A DNA stretch of 26,175 nt from an uncultured virus (IMG/VR IMGVR_UViG_3300030331_001986) (IMGVR_UViG_3300030331_001986); one strand, 5' to 3'. Positions 9,238-16,038 are shown, counted from the first letter of the stretch. The notes: generated from the letters alone by a model not told the origin. Program-made: numbers and translations.

Positions 9238-10073
9238 GCTTCCACCTTATTCTTCAACCAATTAGCCAGCCGAGTTAATTCCGCCAAATTAACTCCTGTC
9301 TGATACCCACGACTATGAGCCCACTCAATTAATCTATTCGTTGAAAGGTTATTTCCGCTATTTGGCATAAAGGGACATCCTCCCAATCCACCAACACTCG
9401 CATCAAAAGTAGTTACACCCCATTCTATTGCCGCCTCTACATTTCGAAACATATCATTAGCACCCTCATGTAAATGCAATGCAATCTCAACAGGTAAACC
9501 CCTAGTCAACTCCAACGTCTGTAACAACTTACTTGGATAACATGCTCCAACCGTATCACACAAAACAACCGTATTGCCTAATTCAGAAGCCATCTTTAGA
9601 ACCCTTAGCATCTTATACTCATTTGGAAGTCCTTCATACGGACAACCAAACGCACAAGAAACATAAACCCTAACATTCTCTTTATCGACCCCATCCAACA
9701 TCTCAATATACTCGGCATAAAGCACATCTAAACACTTCCCCCAATTCCTAACATTAAATTCCTCAGAAGGAGAAAAGCACACATTAAATCTAGTAGCCCC
9801 AACATCTTTTGCTCTTTCAAATCCTTTTAGATTCGGCACAAGAACTCCAAAATCTGCTAAACCCTTGGTCCCACTAACTACATTCTCAGCATCCGCTAAG
9901 TTAGGAACTCTTTTTGGATGAACAAACGATGTAATCTCAATTTCAGTTAACCCTGCATCATATAAATCATTTATCAACTTTATTTTTTCATCTGTACTTA
10001 AACTTCCTTTCCAATTTTGCAATCCATCTCTAGGTCCAACTTCGTAAATACTTATGGGGGTCATTTCTATCAC
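9234..10073 (-). CDS. hmgL: 3-hydroxy-3-methylglutaryl-CoA lyase (DRE-TIM metallolyase)
   Basis: IYEVGPRDGLQN, TSFVHPKRVP, YVSCAFGCPYEG, DTVG, metal-binding HLH, and GGLGGCPF with the catalytic Cys. Confidence 0.92.
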   Translation of the reverse strand: MIEMTPISIYEVGPRDGLQNWKGSLSTDEKIKLINDLYDAGLTEIEITSFVHPKRVPNLADAENVVSGTKGLADFGVLVPNLKGFERAKDVGATRFNVCFSPSEEFNVRNWGKCLDVLYAEYIEMLDGVDKENVRVYVSCAFGCPYEGLPNEYKMLRVLKMASELGNTVVLCDTVGACYPSKLLQTLELTRGLPVEIALHLHEGANDMFRNVEAAIEWGVTTFDASVGGLGGCPFMPNSGNNLSTNRLIEWAHSRGYQTGVNLAELTRLANWLKNKVEA

Positions 10074-10493
10074 CTAACTTTTTCAAAAAATGGGCGGTAA
10101 TTTGTGTGGGACTAGCAAAAAAAAATTTTTCGGTTTAAATCTATTTCCAGCCAATACCCGTTTAACTCCTATCCTCCATCAATAGCAGTATATCTTCTTT
10201 CGTAAATAACTCGCTTAGTACTTTAGACTTTAAAGTACTAGCAGTGTATTCTTTATAACTTACAGGGGCAACATTATGTATATCTTTTAGCGTTAAAAGT
10301 AAGCCTTTTTTGTTAGTTTTAGCCGTAGCGTTTAATATATTTTTATTTATGTCAAGTAAATTATTAATAGTCATAAGATAACCTGTTGAGAAGCATGCAG
10401 AATGGTATAATTAATAGATATACCGTATAAAGTGTTACTTTTAACCATAAAAGCACTCAGTTAATCGTTTTACCATAAAATAAAAAATTTGTG

Positions 10494-10535
10494 CAAAGCC
10501 ATATGGTTGTGTGCTTTGCATACACGACCTCATAA
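10494..10535 (+). promoter_or_regulatory. Palindromic element copy 1 plus ACCTCAT box
   Basis: CAAAG-CCATATGGT-tgtgtg-CTTTG (core 10498-10507). ACCTCATAA starts at 10527, 30 nt before ATG 10557. Confidence 0.75.
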
Positions 10536-10556
10536 CATAATTAGGATTCTATAGGT

Positions 10557-10769
10557 ATGCACGTAGTAAATTCATACGGAGATATGGTCTTTGAGAGTGG
10601 AGAAATAATGAAAAAAACAACATATTGGTTTGAAAGTTTAAAAGAATTGTTAGACTTTAGAGAAACAATGACTGAAAAACACATAGTACTTTTTCATAAT
10701 TTAACTATAAGAGTAGAGAAATATGTAGAGTTTGAAAGGTATATGGTCGAAGGTGGTGAAGAAGAATGA
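10557..10769 (+). CDS. Small hypothetical protein, leaderless
   Basis: ATG 30 nt after the ACCT box; ATGA-coupled to the next gene. Confidence 0.7.
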   Translation: MHVVNSYGDMVFESGEIMKKTTYWFESLKELLDFRETMTEKHIVLFHNLTIRVEKYVEFERYMVEGGEEE

Positions 10770-11026
10770 GTGATGAATTAGTAATTATATGTGACTCATG
10801 TAATAGACCAGCAGAACTGATAACTTGGAAAGATTGCGAAGAAGTCTGTTATGGGCATGGACAAATATCAACTGAGTGGTTTGAATGTGAAGGCTCACAG
10901 TGTTGTGGTTCAGACACTACAGAATGGCCTATAGGATATTGGGCAAAAGAATATCCTGAAATAGCATTAGAATTCGGCTATATAACACAAGAAGAATATA
11001 ATCGAATATTGGAGGAATTAGAATGA
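10766..11026 (+). CDS. Small acidic Cys-rich protein, putative Zn-binding
   Basis: CDSC...SQCCG; GGTGG SD; coupled at both ends. Confidence 0.75.
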   Translation: MSDELVIICDSCNRPAELITWKDCEEVCYGHGQISTEWFECEGSQCCGSDTTEWPIGYWAKEYPEIALEFGYITQEEYNRILEELE

Positions 11027-11241
11027 ATGGACATTTCACTTATGATAGAGATTGGGAACAGATAGAAAACATGTTAGACAAAGCAGAAAGGAAACAAAAC
11101 TTTCATTCAATTGAAATGAGTAAGAACCTACCTAAAAAAGAACGTATATTTCATATGCGTCAATTTAAAGCCTTAGAAGGAGTAATTAAATCACTTAGAT
11201 GGGTTTTAGGTGATAAGGACATTAAACACCCTTTGGAGTAA
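11023..11241 (+). CDS. Small helical hypothetical protein
   Basis: GGAGG SD, ATGA overlap; ends ..KSLRWVLGD.. Confidence 0.75.
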   Translation: MNGHFTYDRDWEQIENMLDKAERKQNFHSIEMSKNLPKKERIFHMRQFKALEGVIKSLRWVLGDKDIKHPLE

Positions 11242-11258
11242 TCCATCGGGGTAGTCGT

Positions 11259-11290
11259 CAAAGCACTACCATATGGTAATACATGCTTTG
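11259..11290. repeat. Palindromic element copy 2, between convergent genes
   Basis: CAAAGCA-ct-ACCATATGGT-aataca-TGCTTTG; core 11268-11277; no ACCTYAT box. Confidence 0.85.
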
Positions 11291-11298
11291 CGGGTATT

Positions 11299-11308
11299 GC
11301 CCGAAGGC
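11299..11308 (-). terminator. C(UUCG)G mini-hairpin just after the stop codon
   Basis: Minus strand reads GCC-TTCG-GGC, 1 nt past the stop at 11310. Confidence 0.5.
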
Positions 11309-11309
11309 G

Positions 11310-11570
11310 TTATTCTTCTTCATCGAAGCCGTCCCACTCACCCATGAATGACTCATAATAACTATTGTAAATGTGTTTAGTCATTACATACCAAATAGTA
11401 TTTCCCACATCGTCAGCCGTTATTAATTCGGTCATATCATTAAAGGCCTCTAATATCTCATTATAATAAACAGGCACTAAACCCTCAATAAATTCAGGTA
11501 TTCCGTCTTCGTCATCATATTGTTTCTTATATTCTTTAACCATATCTTCCCAGTGTTCATAATTAGTCAT
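11310..11570 (-). CDS. Small, highly acidic hypothetical protein, leaderless
   Basis: ATG 30 nt after the minus-strand ACCTCATA at 11600; D/E/Y-rich. Confidence 0.8.
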   Translation of the reverse strand: MTNYEHWEDMVKEYKKQYDDEDGIPEFIEGLVPVYYNEILEAFNDMTELITADDVGNTIWYVMTKHIYNSYYESFMGEWDGFDEEE

Positions 11571-11592
11571 ACTCTATTATTGATTAATTCTC

Positions 11593-11653
11593 TATGAGGT
11601 ATTCTTCAAAGTATCATACCATATGGTGTTATACTTTGTAAATACACCTTATA
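11593..11653. promoter_or_regulatory. Palindromic element copy 3, fully symmetric bidirectional promoter
   Basis: TATGAGGT-N6-CAAAGTAT-cat-ACCATATGGT-gtt-ATACTTTG-N7-ACCTTATA. ATGs lie exactly 30 nt from each ACCT box (11570 minus, 11676 plus). Confidence 0.85.
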
Positions 11654-11675
11654 GCAATTGACTAATTATACTAAT

Positions 11676-11801
11676 ATGCACATAGGAGTAGTATTAGCAG
11701 AGATAGCATTGGATGAATTTGATGGATGTGAAAGAAGAATGTTTGAATTAATGGGAATGAGGAACGGATGCAGATGTCCTCGATGTGAGGTGGTAGAATG
11801 A
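11676..11801 (+). CDS. 41-aa peptide MHIGVVLAEIALDEFDGCERRMFELMGMRNGCRCPRCEVVE
   Basis: Below the ORF-track cutoff. ATG 30 nt after the ACCT box; the stop overlaps the next ATG (ATGA); CxCxxC motif. Confidence 0.65.
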   Translation: MHIGVVLAEIALDEFDGCERRMFELMGMRNGCRCPRCEVVE

Positions 11802-11983
11802 AGAAACAACACATTAAGATATTGGCTACTGATGAAGAACGTAAGTGTAGTAATCATACTTATTGTGGAAATACCACTAAGAACTATCCATATTTTTACT
11901 GGCGACCATTTAATCAGATAGCATGTGGTTGCTGTATGCAAGATTTGATGGATGCACTCAATGAGGTAGACCATTGGGGATAA
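11798..11983 (+). CDS. Small Cys-rich protein, putative Zn finger
   Basis: CSNHTYC...CGCC; GAGGTGG SD. Confidence 0.7.
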   Translation: MKKQHIKILATDEERKCSNHTYCGNTTKNYPYFYWRPFNQIACGCCMQDLMDALNEVDHWG

Positions 11984-11984
11984 C

Positions 11985-11996
11985 GACCTTCGGGTC
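11985..11996 (+). terminator. C(UUCG)G hairpin after the stop codon
   Basis: GACC-TTCG-GGTC. Confidence 0.55.
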
Positions 11997-12003
11997 ACTA
12001 CCT

Positions 12004-12052
12004 CAAAGTTATGACCATATGGTATGATGCTTTGTAACTTATATACCTTATA
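12004..12052 (+). promoter_or_regulatory. Palindromic element copy 4 plus ACCTTATA box
   Basis: Core 12014-12023; CTTTG 12030-12034; ACCTTATA at 12045, 30 nt before ATG 12075. Confidence 0.8.
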
Positions 12053-12074
12053 TGCACTAGTTATTAATATTAAC

Positions 12075-12557
12075 ATGGACGAACTACCTAGTTATATTAG
12101 CGATAAAGAAGAAATAAACAATATTAGTGTTTTACATGTTTGTAGAACTGGTAAAAAAGAGCAGTTTTATACGTTGTATCATGAAGGAGTAATTAAAAGA
12201 GAATTTGGTACTAATGGTTTCTGCGACTTCCGACAGAACTTAGCACATTCCCTAACCGATGCTCTTGAAAAGGCTACAAGTGCGTTTAACCAGTTAGTTG
12301 AAAGTAACTTTTGGGATGCGGTTTCAATTCAATACCATGAAACCCCTAGAATGAAATATAACAAATGGAATGCATTTGGAGCAGAATTCAAAACTGCTAA
12401 ATCTGGTAAAGTCATGTGGGCTCATGCTACACCTGCTTTTTGGGATTTTTGGAAAGCAGAAAAACAAACCATCAAAGATGCAGGGTTTTGGGTTAAAAAG
12501 ATGGATTCAGGATGGATGATATTTTGCAGACAAGAGGCAAAATATGATTATTCCTAA
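12075..12557 (+). CDS. Hypothetical protein, 160 aa (MDELPSY...), W-rich C-terminal domain
   Basis: Start reassigned from 12024, which lies inside the repeat, using the 30-nt promoter spacing. Confidence 0.8.
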   Translation: MDELPSYISDKEEINNISVLHVCRTGKKEQFYTLYHEGVIKREFGTNGFCDFRQNLAHSLTDALEKATSAFNQLVESNFWDAVSIQYHETPRMKYNKWNAFGAEFKTAKSGKVMWAHATPAFWDFWKAEKQTIKDAGFWVKKMDSGWMIFCRQEAKYDYS

Positions 12558-12565
12558 TCGTTAGC

Positions 12566-12577
12566 GCCCTTCGGGGC
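12566..12577 (+). terminator. C(UUCG)G hairpin followed by a T tract
   Basis: GCCC-TTCG-GGGC-cattttt. Confidence 0.6.
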
Positions 12578-12585
12578 CATTTTTA

Positions 12586-12617
12586 CAAAGTTAAGACCAT
12601 ATGGTAATGAATATTTG
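12586..12617. repeat. Palindromic element copy 5
   Basis: CAAAG-ttaag-ACCATATGGT (12596-12605)-aatgaat-ATTTG. Confidence 0.75.
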
Positions 12618-12690
12618 TAGTTATTACTAACTTTTCAACATTAATTGTCACATGTTACAGAAAACCAGATATTCACTACATTTTTCACGA

Positions 12691-12724
12691 ACCATATGGT
12701 AGGTAACTTTGTGAACTACCTTAT
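12691..12724 (+). promoter_or_regulatory. Palindromic element copy 6 (left arm missing) plus ACCTTAT box
   Basis: Core 12691-12700; CTTTG 12707-12711; ACCTTAT at 12718, 30 nt before ATG 12748. Confidence 0.8.
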
Positions 12725-12747
12725 GTATAACTTAGTTTACAAATGGT

Positions 12748-12951
12748 ATGAACGCAAGTGATTTAGTAAAGGGAGAGTGGTACATAATCAATAACTTTGG
12801 TTATGACTTAAGAGCGCAATTGATTGAAAGTCCAAAACAAGGACGAGGATTTAAGACAGCAGTTTTAATGCATGTCTTCGGTTCTGACATTGGCTTTTAT
12901 GATGAAATGGGCTCAGTATATGTGAGTGACATCGTAAGGAGGTTGGAATAA
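12748..12951 (+). CDS. Small beta-rich hypothetical protein, possibly SH3-like
   Basis: Leaderless ATG at the promoter spacing; the fold is a guess. Confidence 0.75.
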   Translation: MNASDLVKGEWYIINNFGYDLRAQLIESPKQGRGFKTAVLMHVFGSDIGFYDEMGSVYVSDIVRRLE

Positions 12952-13191
12952 ATGGGAAAATTTGAAATGGCACAATATAGAACAACCATAGAAGAATTTA
13001 TCGGCCTAAAGAAATTATACCCTACGGGTGAATATAAAGTGACTTCGGGGGATTATACAAATAGAACAACTTGGTTTGAATTTAATTTGCCTATTAATGG
13101 AATAACTATAGATGTAACATGGTTTTTAGACTCACATAATATATGTGAGCAATCTTGGAGAGAAACATGCGAAGAACTCGAATTAATATAA
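12952..13191 (+). CDS. Small hypothetical protein
   Basis: GGAGG SD; abuts the upstream stop. Confidence 0.75.
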   Translation: MGKFEMAQYRTTIEEFIGLKKLYPTGEYKVTSGDYTNRTTWFEFNLPINGITIDVTWFLDSHNICEQSWRETCEELELI

Positions 13192-13329
13192 CGGACTATG
13201 GCCTTACTCAAGCCATGGACCGCCGAGATGGACGGGCAAGCACATAGGCAGGGTTCTCACGCTAACTTGAATGTTAACTATGTGTATAATATCCTAAGAT
13301 GTGGGGGATATAGGGGGGAGCCCCTATAT
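13192..13329 (+). ncRNA. Candidate structured RNA, about 140 nt
   Basis: GC-richer than its surroundings. Stems at 13192-13202/13212-13222, 13240-13247/13278-13285 and 13308-13316/13321-13329. Confidence 0.45.
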
Positions 13330-13360
13330 TCTCTGCTATTATTTTACAAGGTAATTACTC

Positions 13361-13392
13361 CAAAGTATTCATTACCATATGGTTGCACTTTG
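13361..13392. repeat. Palindromic element copy 7, at a convergent junction
   Basis: CAAAGT-attcatt-ACCATATGGT (13374-13383)-tgc-ACTTTG. Confidence 0.85.
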
Positions 13393-13433
13393 TCTGAACC
13401 CCACATAAGGGGGTGGAGGCCAAACCGTTAGGT

Positions 13434-13967
13434 TTAACCTTCGACCTCCTTAGTTGGTATTACAATTGTAGGTAATCCGTTTTTATTTAGAGTACCGTCC
13501 CATTGTTTTTTATCTGTAACGTTATCTCTGTGATTCTTATACATTTGAGTCATCGAATCAGCGAATAACGCTACCATTGCACTCACGTACGATTCACTGT
13601 CACCGTATGGTGTTGAGTAAGCACCTCTTTTTGATTCGTACTCACCAAAGAGGGGGTGAGTCGCAAAAAGAGCAGAGTGACCTTCGGCATAAATCGCCTT
13701 TAATGTCGCTAGTGAATCTTGTACTACTTGGGGGAGTGTTGATTGTTTACCAAATTTAATTGGTGAGTTGTCAACAGTAGCGTAAAGATTGGAAACGTTA
13801 GTCCAATATCTTTTACGGTTTTCCACATCAGTAGTACCTGTTTCTATATTCCATCTTAGAACTGCTTCCATGCTACCTCTATCGTTGATTGATAAATCAT
13901 TCTCAATTAGGGCAACTCGGGCATTCCATTTTTCTTCATCCATTGTATAATCTGCCATATTTTTCAT
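13434..13967 (-). CDS. Hypothetical protein, about 174-177 aa
   Basis: Long ORF. The true start may be ATG 13958 (MADYT), with AGGAGA as SD. Flanked by a 15-nt inverted repeat. Confidence 0.85.
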   Translation of the reverse strand: MKNMADYTMDEEKWNARVALIENDLSINDRGSMEAVLRWNIETGTTDVENRKRYWTNVSNLYATVDNSPIKFGKQSTLPQVVQDSLATLKAIYAEGHSALFATHPLFGEYESKRGAYSTPYGDSESYVSAMVALFADSMTQMYKNHRDNVTDKKQWDGTLNKNGLPTIVIPTKEVEG

Positions 13968-14027
13968 CTCCTGTCTAATAAGTTAATTTAACTTGTTTGA
14001 CCTCCACCCATTGCAAGTATAATTGGT

Positions 14028-14073
14028 TATAAGGTGCGACTGACAAAGTGCCTTACCATATGGTTGCGCTTTG
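14028..14073 (-). promoter_or_regulatory. Palindromic element copy 8 plus minus-strand ACCTTATA box
   Basis: TATAAGGT 14028-14035; CAAAG 14044; core 14055-14064; CTTTG 14069-14073. Confidence 0.8.
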
Positions 14074-14111
14074 CCCGAACCTTACATAACAGAACTCGCC
14101 CAAAAATGGGG

Positions 14112-14315
14112 TCATTGTTCTGTTGCCTTCAAGACTTTGAAATCTTGCAAGGCCAATTGTAAATCAGCAATACATTGTTCTAAATTGTCACCACTAACTC
14201 GCATCTTCTTTATTATTAATTCATTGTTTCGGTTGTGACCAACTTCTATTACAAATCTCTGCTCGGTATTTTCAACTACTTCTTCAACTGTATTTTTTCT
14301 GTTAAACCATTTCAT
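14112..14315 (-). CDS. Small hypothetical protein (MKWFNRKNT...)
   Basis: AGGTGA SD 5 nt before ATG 14315. Confidence 0.7.
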   Translation of the reverse strand: MKWFNRKNTVEEVVENTEQRFVIEVGHNRNNELIIKKMRVSGDNLEQCIADLQLALQDFKVLKATEQ

Positions 14316-14603
14316 ATATTTCACCTTTTAAGTTTAAGCCGAACAGTTTAGGTTTATGCGCATCTATCCTTAGTAACTTACTTTTAATCGCAATCGGAGG
14401 GACGGCTCTACAAGTATTTCCTTCTCGAAAAGTGCATCTATAACTTCCTAGGAAAATTATAGCAATCTTACGGGTTATCCTGTGATACATCGTGTCGCAT
14501 TGGTTAATTTCGTTTACCCTGCTCTAATCGCATGATGATATTCCCCCTCATATGTTTTTGAAGGTTCAATCACCACTTGACTATCTATTGGAATTCAAAT
14601 TAG

Positions 14604-14640
14604 TATTAAGGTCTGCGGACAAAGTGCCAAACCATATGGT
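14604..14640 (-). promoter_or_regulatory. Palindromic element copy 9 plus minus-strand ACCTTAATA box
   Basis: TATTAAGGT 14604-14612; CAAAG 14620; core 14631-14640; right arm degenerate. Confidence 0.75.
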
Positions 14641-14695
14641 AATACATTTTCGTTTCGCTTAATGAAGGCTTTGCAAGAAAGAAGTGAAGCGAGTA

Positions 14696-14866
14696 TTACC
14701 CCGCAACTTCGTCATTTTCCACCTTACAGGCTTTCAGAAAACGACCCCTATTGAAATTAGGGTTATCTTTTTCGAACATTTGCATTAAATATTCTAAAGT
14801 GGTGCTATCAGGTTTAGTTTCTGCTAAAACTTCAGCGATTTTAGTATAATGTCTTCTTTGAAACAT
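14696..14866 (-). CDS. Small viral protein with a DNPNFNRGRFLKAC motif, function unknown
   Basis: ATG 14866 overlaps the upstream TAA, with GGAGGTGG SD. The motif resembles small phage proteins of the RxHY..IA...DNPxFD..RF..AC type (from memory). Confidence 0.75.
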   Translation of the reverse strand: MFQRRHYTKIAEVLAETKPDSTTLEYLMQMFEKDNPNFNRGRFLKACKVENDEVAG

Positions 14867-15141
14867 TAATATCCACCTCCACAGATTAAAGTCGCCTTTT
14901 TCCATAAAGTTCTTTCATCATCGTCTGAAATACCCCCTACATTTTCTTGATTTTTACATAAATACTCAAAGGTTTCTTCAATTGAGAAAGCCAATAAATC
15001 ACTATAACTCGTATAATCAATACTCATAATGAGTAAATTTCTATTACTAGCATTGGATATAACTGCTTCTTCGCTAGTGCCTAAAATTATTTCCTGTCTG
15101 TTTCTGTTTTCATCTGTTGCTAATGCCCAATAAATCATCAT
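14866..15141 (-). CDS. Small hypothetical protein (MMIYWALAT...)
   Basis: ATG at 15141 or 15138, 28 or 31 nt after the ACCTTAA box at 15169. Confidence 0.7.
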   Translation of the reverse strand: MMIYWALATDENRNRQEIILGTSEEAVISNASNRNLLIMSIDYTSYSDLLAFSIEETFEYLCKNQENVGGISDDDERTLWKKATLICGGGY

Positions 15142-15162
15142 ACCTATGGTAAGCAAGATTAG

Positions 15163-15207
15163 TTAAGGTCCTCCTTAACAAAGTAACTCGTACCATATGG
15201 TTGTTAC
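15163..15207 (-). promoter_or_regulatory. Palindromic element copy 10 plus minus-strand ACCTTAA box
   Basis: TTAAGGT 15163-15169; CAAAG 15179; core 15192-15201; GTAAC/GTTAC arms. Confidence 0.75.
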
Positions 15208-15439
15208 GCAGTTAAACTTGAATGGATTTTTCATTAAAGTTGTAAATTTGCAAAATCCGACCATGCGCCACCTTTATAAATAATTTAACATCCCGTAGGT
15301 AGACAAAAGAAATGATTATCCATTACAGTATATCTCACATGGAGAGTGACCTCTTTTATCTAAGTAAAACCTAACACTAATATAATTACTACCACCCAAA
15401 ATGGTAATAGTTATACCTACCTAAATAGTTAGCCATTTT

Positions 15440-15812
15440 ACTATATTAAATTCAATTGGTTATATATTATATAATATATTATATTAATATAAATATTAGT
15501 ACCTAGTATAAAATATTCATAAGATTCGTATTATTCTCAATTATTCTCAATGCATTTGAGAATTATCATTGCGATTCTGAGTCATATAGTATGATTTTTT
15601 TATTATTCTCATTATTATTATTATTATTATATATTTATTATTATTATATTACATACTATACTTCTATTACACTGTATATATAGAGTGAGAAGTGAGAATA
15701 ATGATAATAATGAGAATAAGTGAGAAACATTTGATTGTGTTGAAATTTCCAACATAATTGGTGAAAAAATTTGAGAAAGATGTGAGAAACATCTGAGAAT
15801 AATAAATTATAT
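15440..15812. repeat. AT-rich region with TGAGAA iterons; candidate replication origin
   Basis: TTCTCA at 15534, 15544 and 15606. TGAGAA at 15557, 15686, 15693, 15711, 15721, 15772, 15783 and 15794. A (TTA)n tract at about 15611-15650. Confidence 0.55.
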
Positions 15813-15860
15813 TTCAATAAGGTTTGCAAAGTAATAAAGGGAGAACATCTCCTTTCAAGC

Positions 15861-15960
15861 AGAGAACTAATCCGTAGAAATGTCGTAAAGGTGAGAGTCT
15901 TTATTGTAAATGCGGTATGATGAGTTGGCGACATTACAGAATTCATGACATTGGTTCTTT
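15861..15960 (+). ncRNA. Structured RNA motif, copy A
   Basis: Outer stem AGAGAACTAAT/ATTGGTTCTTT, inner stem AATGTCG/CGACATT, hairpin TAAAG/CTTTA; three sequence blocks identical to copy B. Confidence 0.7.
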
Positions 15961-16038
15961 CCCTTTTTCCTTATTGATTTTATATTCAAGGGTTCTAGTA
16001 TATCTATTAATGTTGCAAGATAGATTACTAGGTAATTA

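Noticed and set aside
855..9303. Plus-strand ORFs at 855, 1063, 2304, 4005, 6306, 6581, 8060, 8888 and 9070
   Set aside because: Antisense shadows of the long minus-strand genes; S/F/L-rich, with no SD
10162..10374. 70-aa minus-strand ORF
   Set aside because: Low-complexity AT-rich sequence, no SD or coupling; cannot be supported or excluded
11666..12076. 136-aa minus-strand ORF
   Set aside because: Overlaps two coupled plus-strand genes and a repeat element on the opposite strand
13198..13759. Plus-strand ORFs 13198-13431 and 13577-13759
   Set aside because: The first crosses hairpins and element copy 7; the second is antisense to the 177-aa gene
10494..15207. Palindromic repeats as a CRISPR or TIGR-like guide array
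   Set aside because: Spacing is 95 to 770 nt with whole genes in between; no constant-length spacers and no cas or Nop-domain gene recognised
15293..15341. Possible third degenerate copy of the RNA motif (CCGTAG...AGAAATG...CATTACAG)
   Set aside because: Lacks the TGCGGTATGATG block, the spacing and the outer stem; could be chance, though worth scoring with a covariance model
15656..15946. 96-aa minus-strand ORF
   Set aside because: Runs through the iterons and the structured RNA; its His/Ser pattern derives from the repeats
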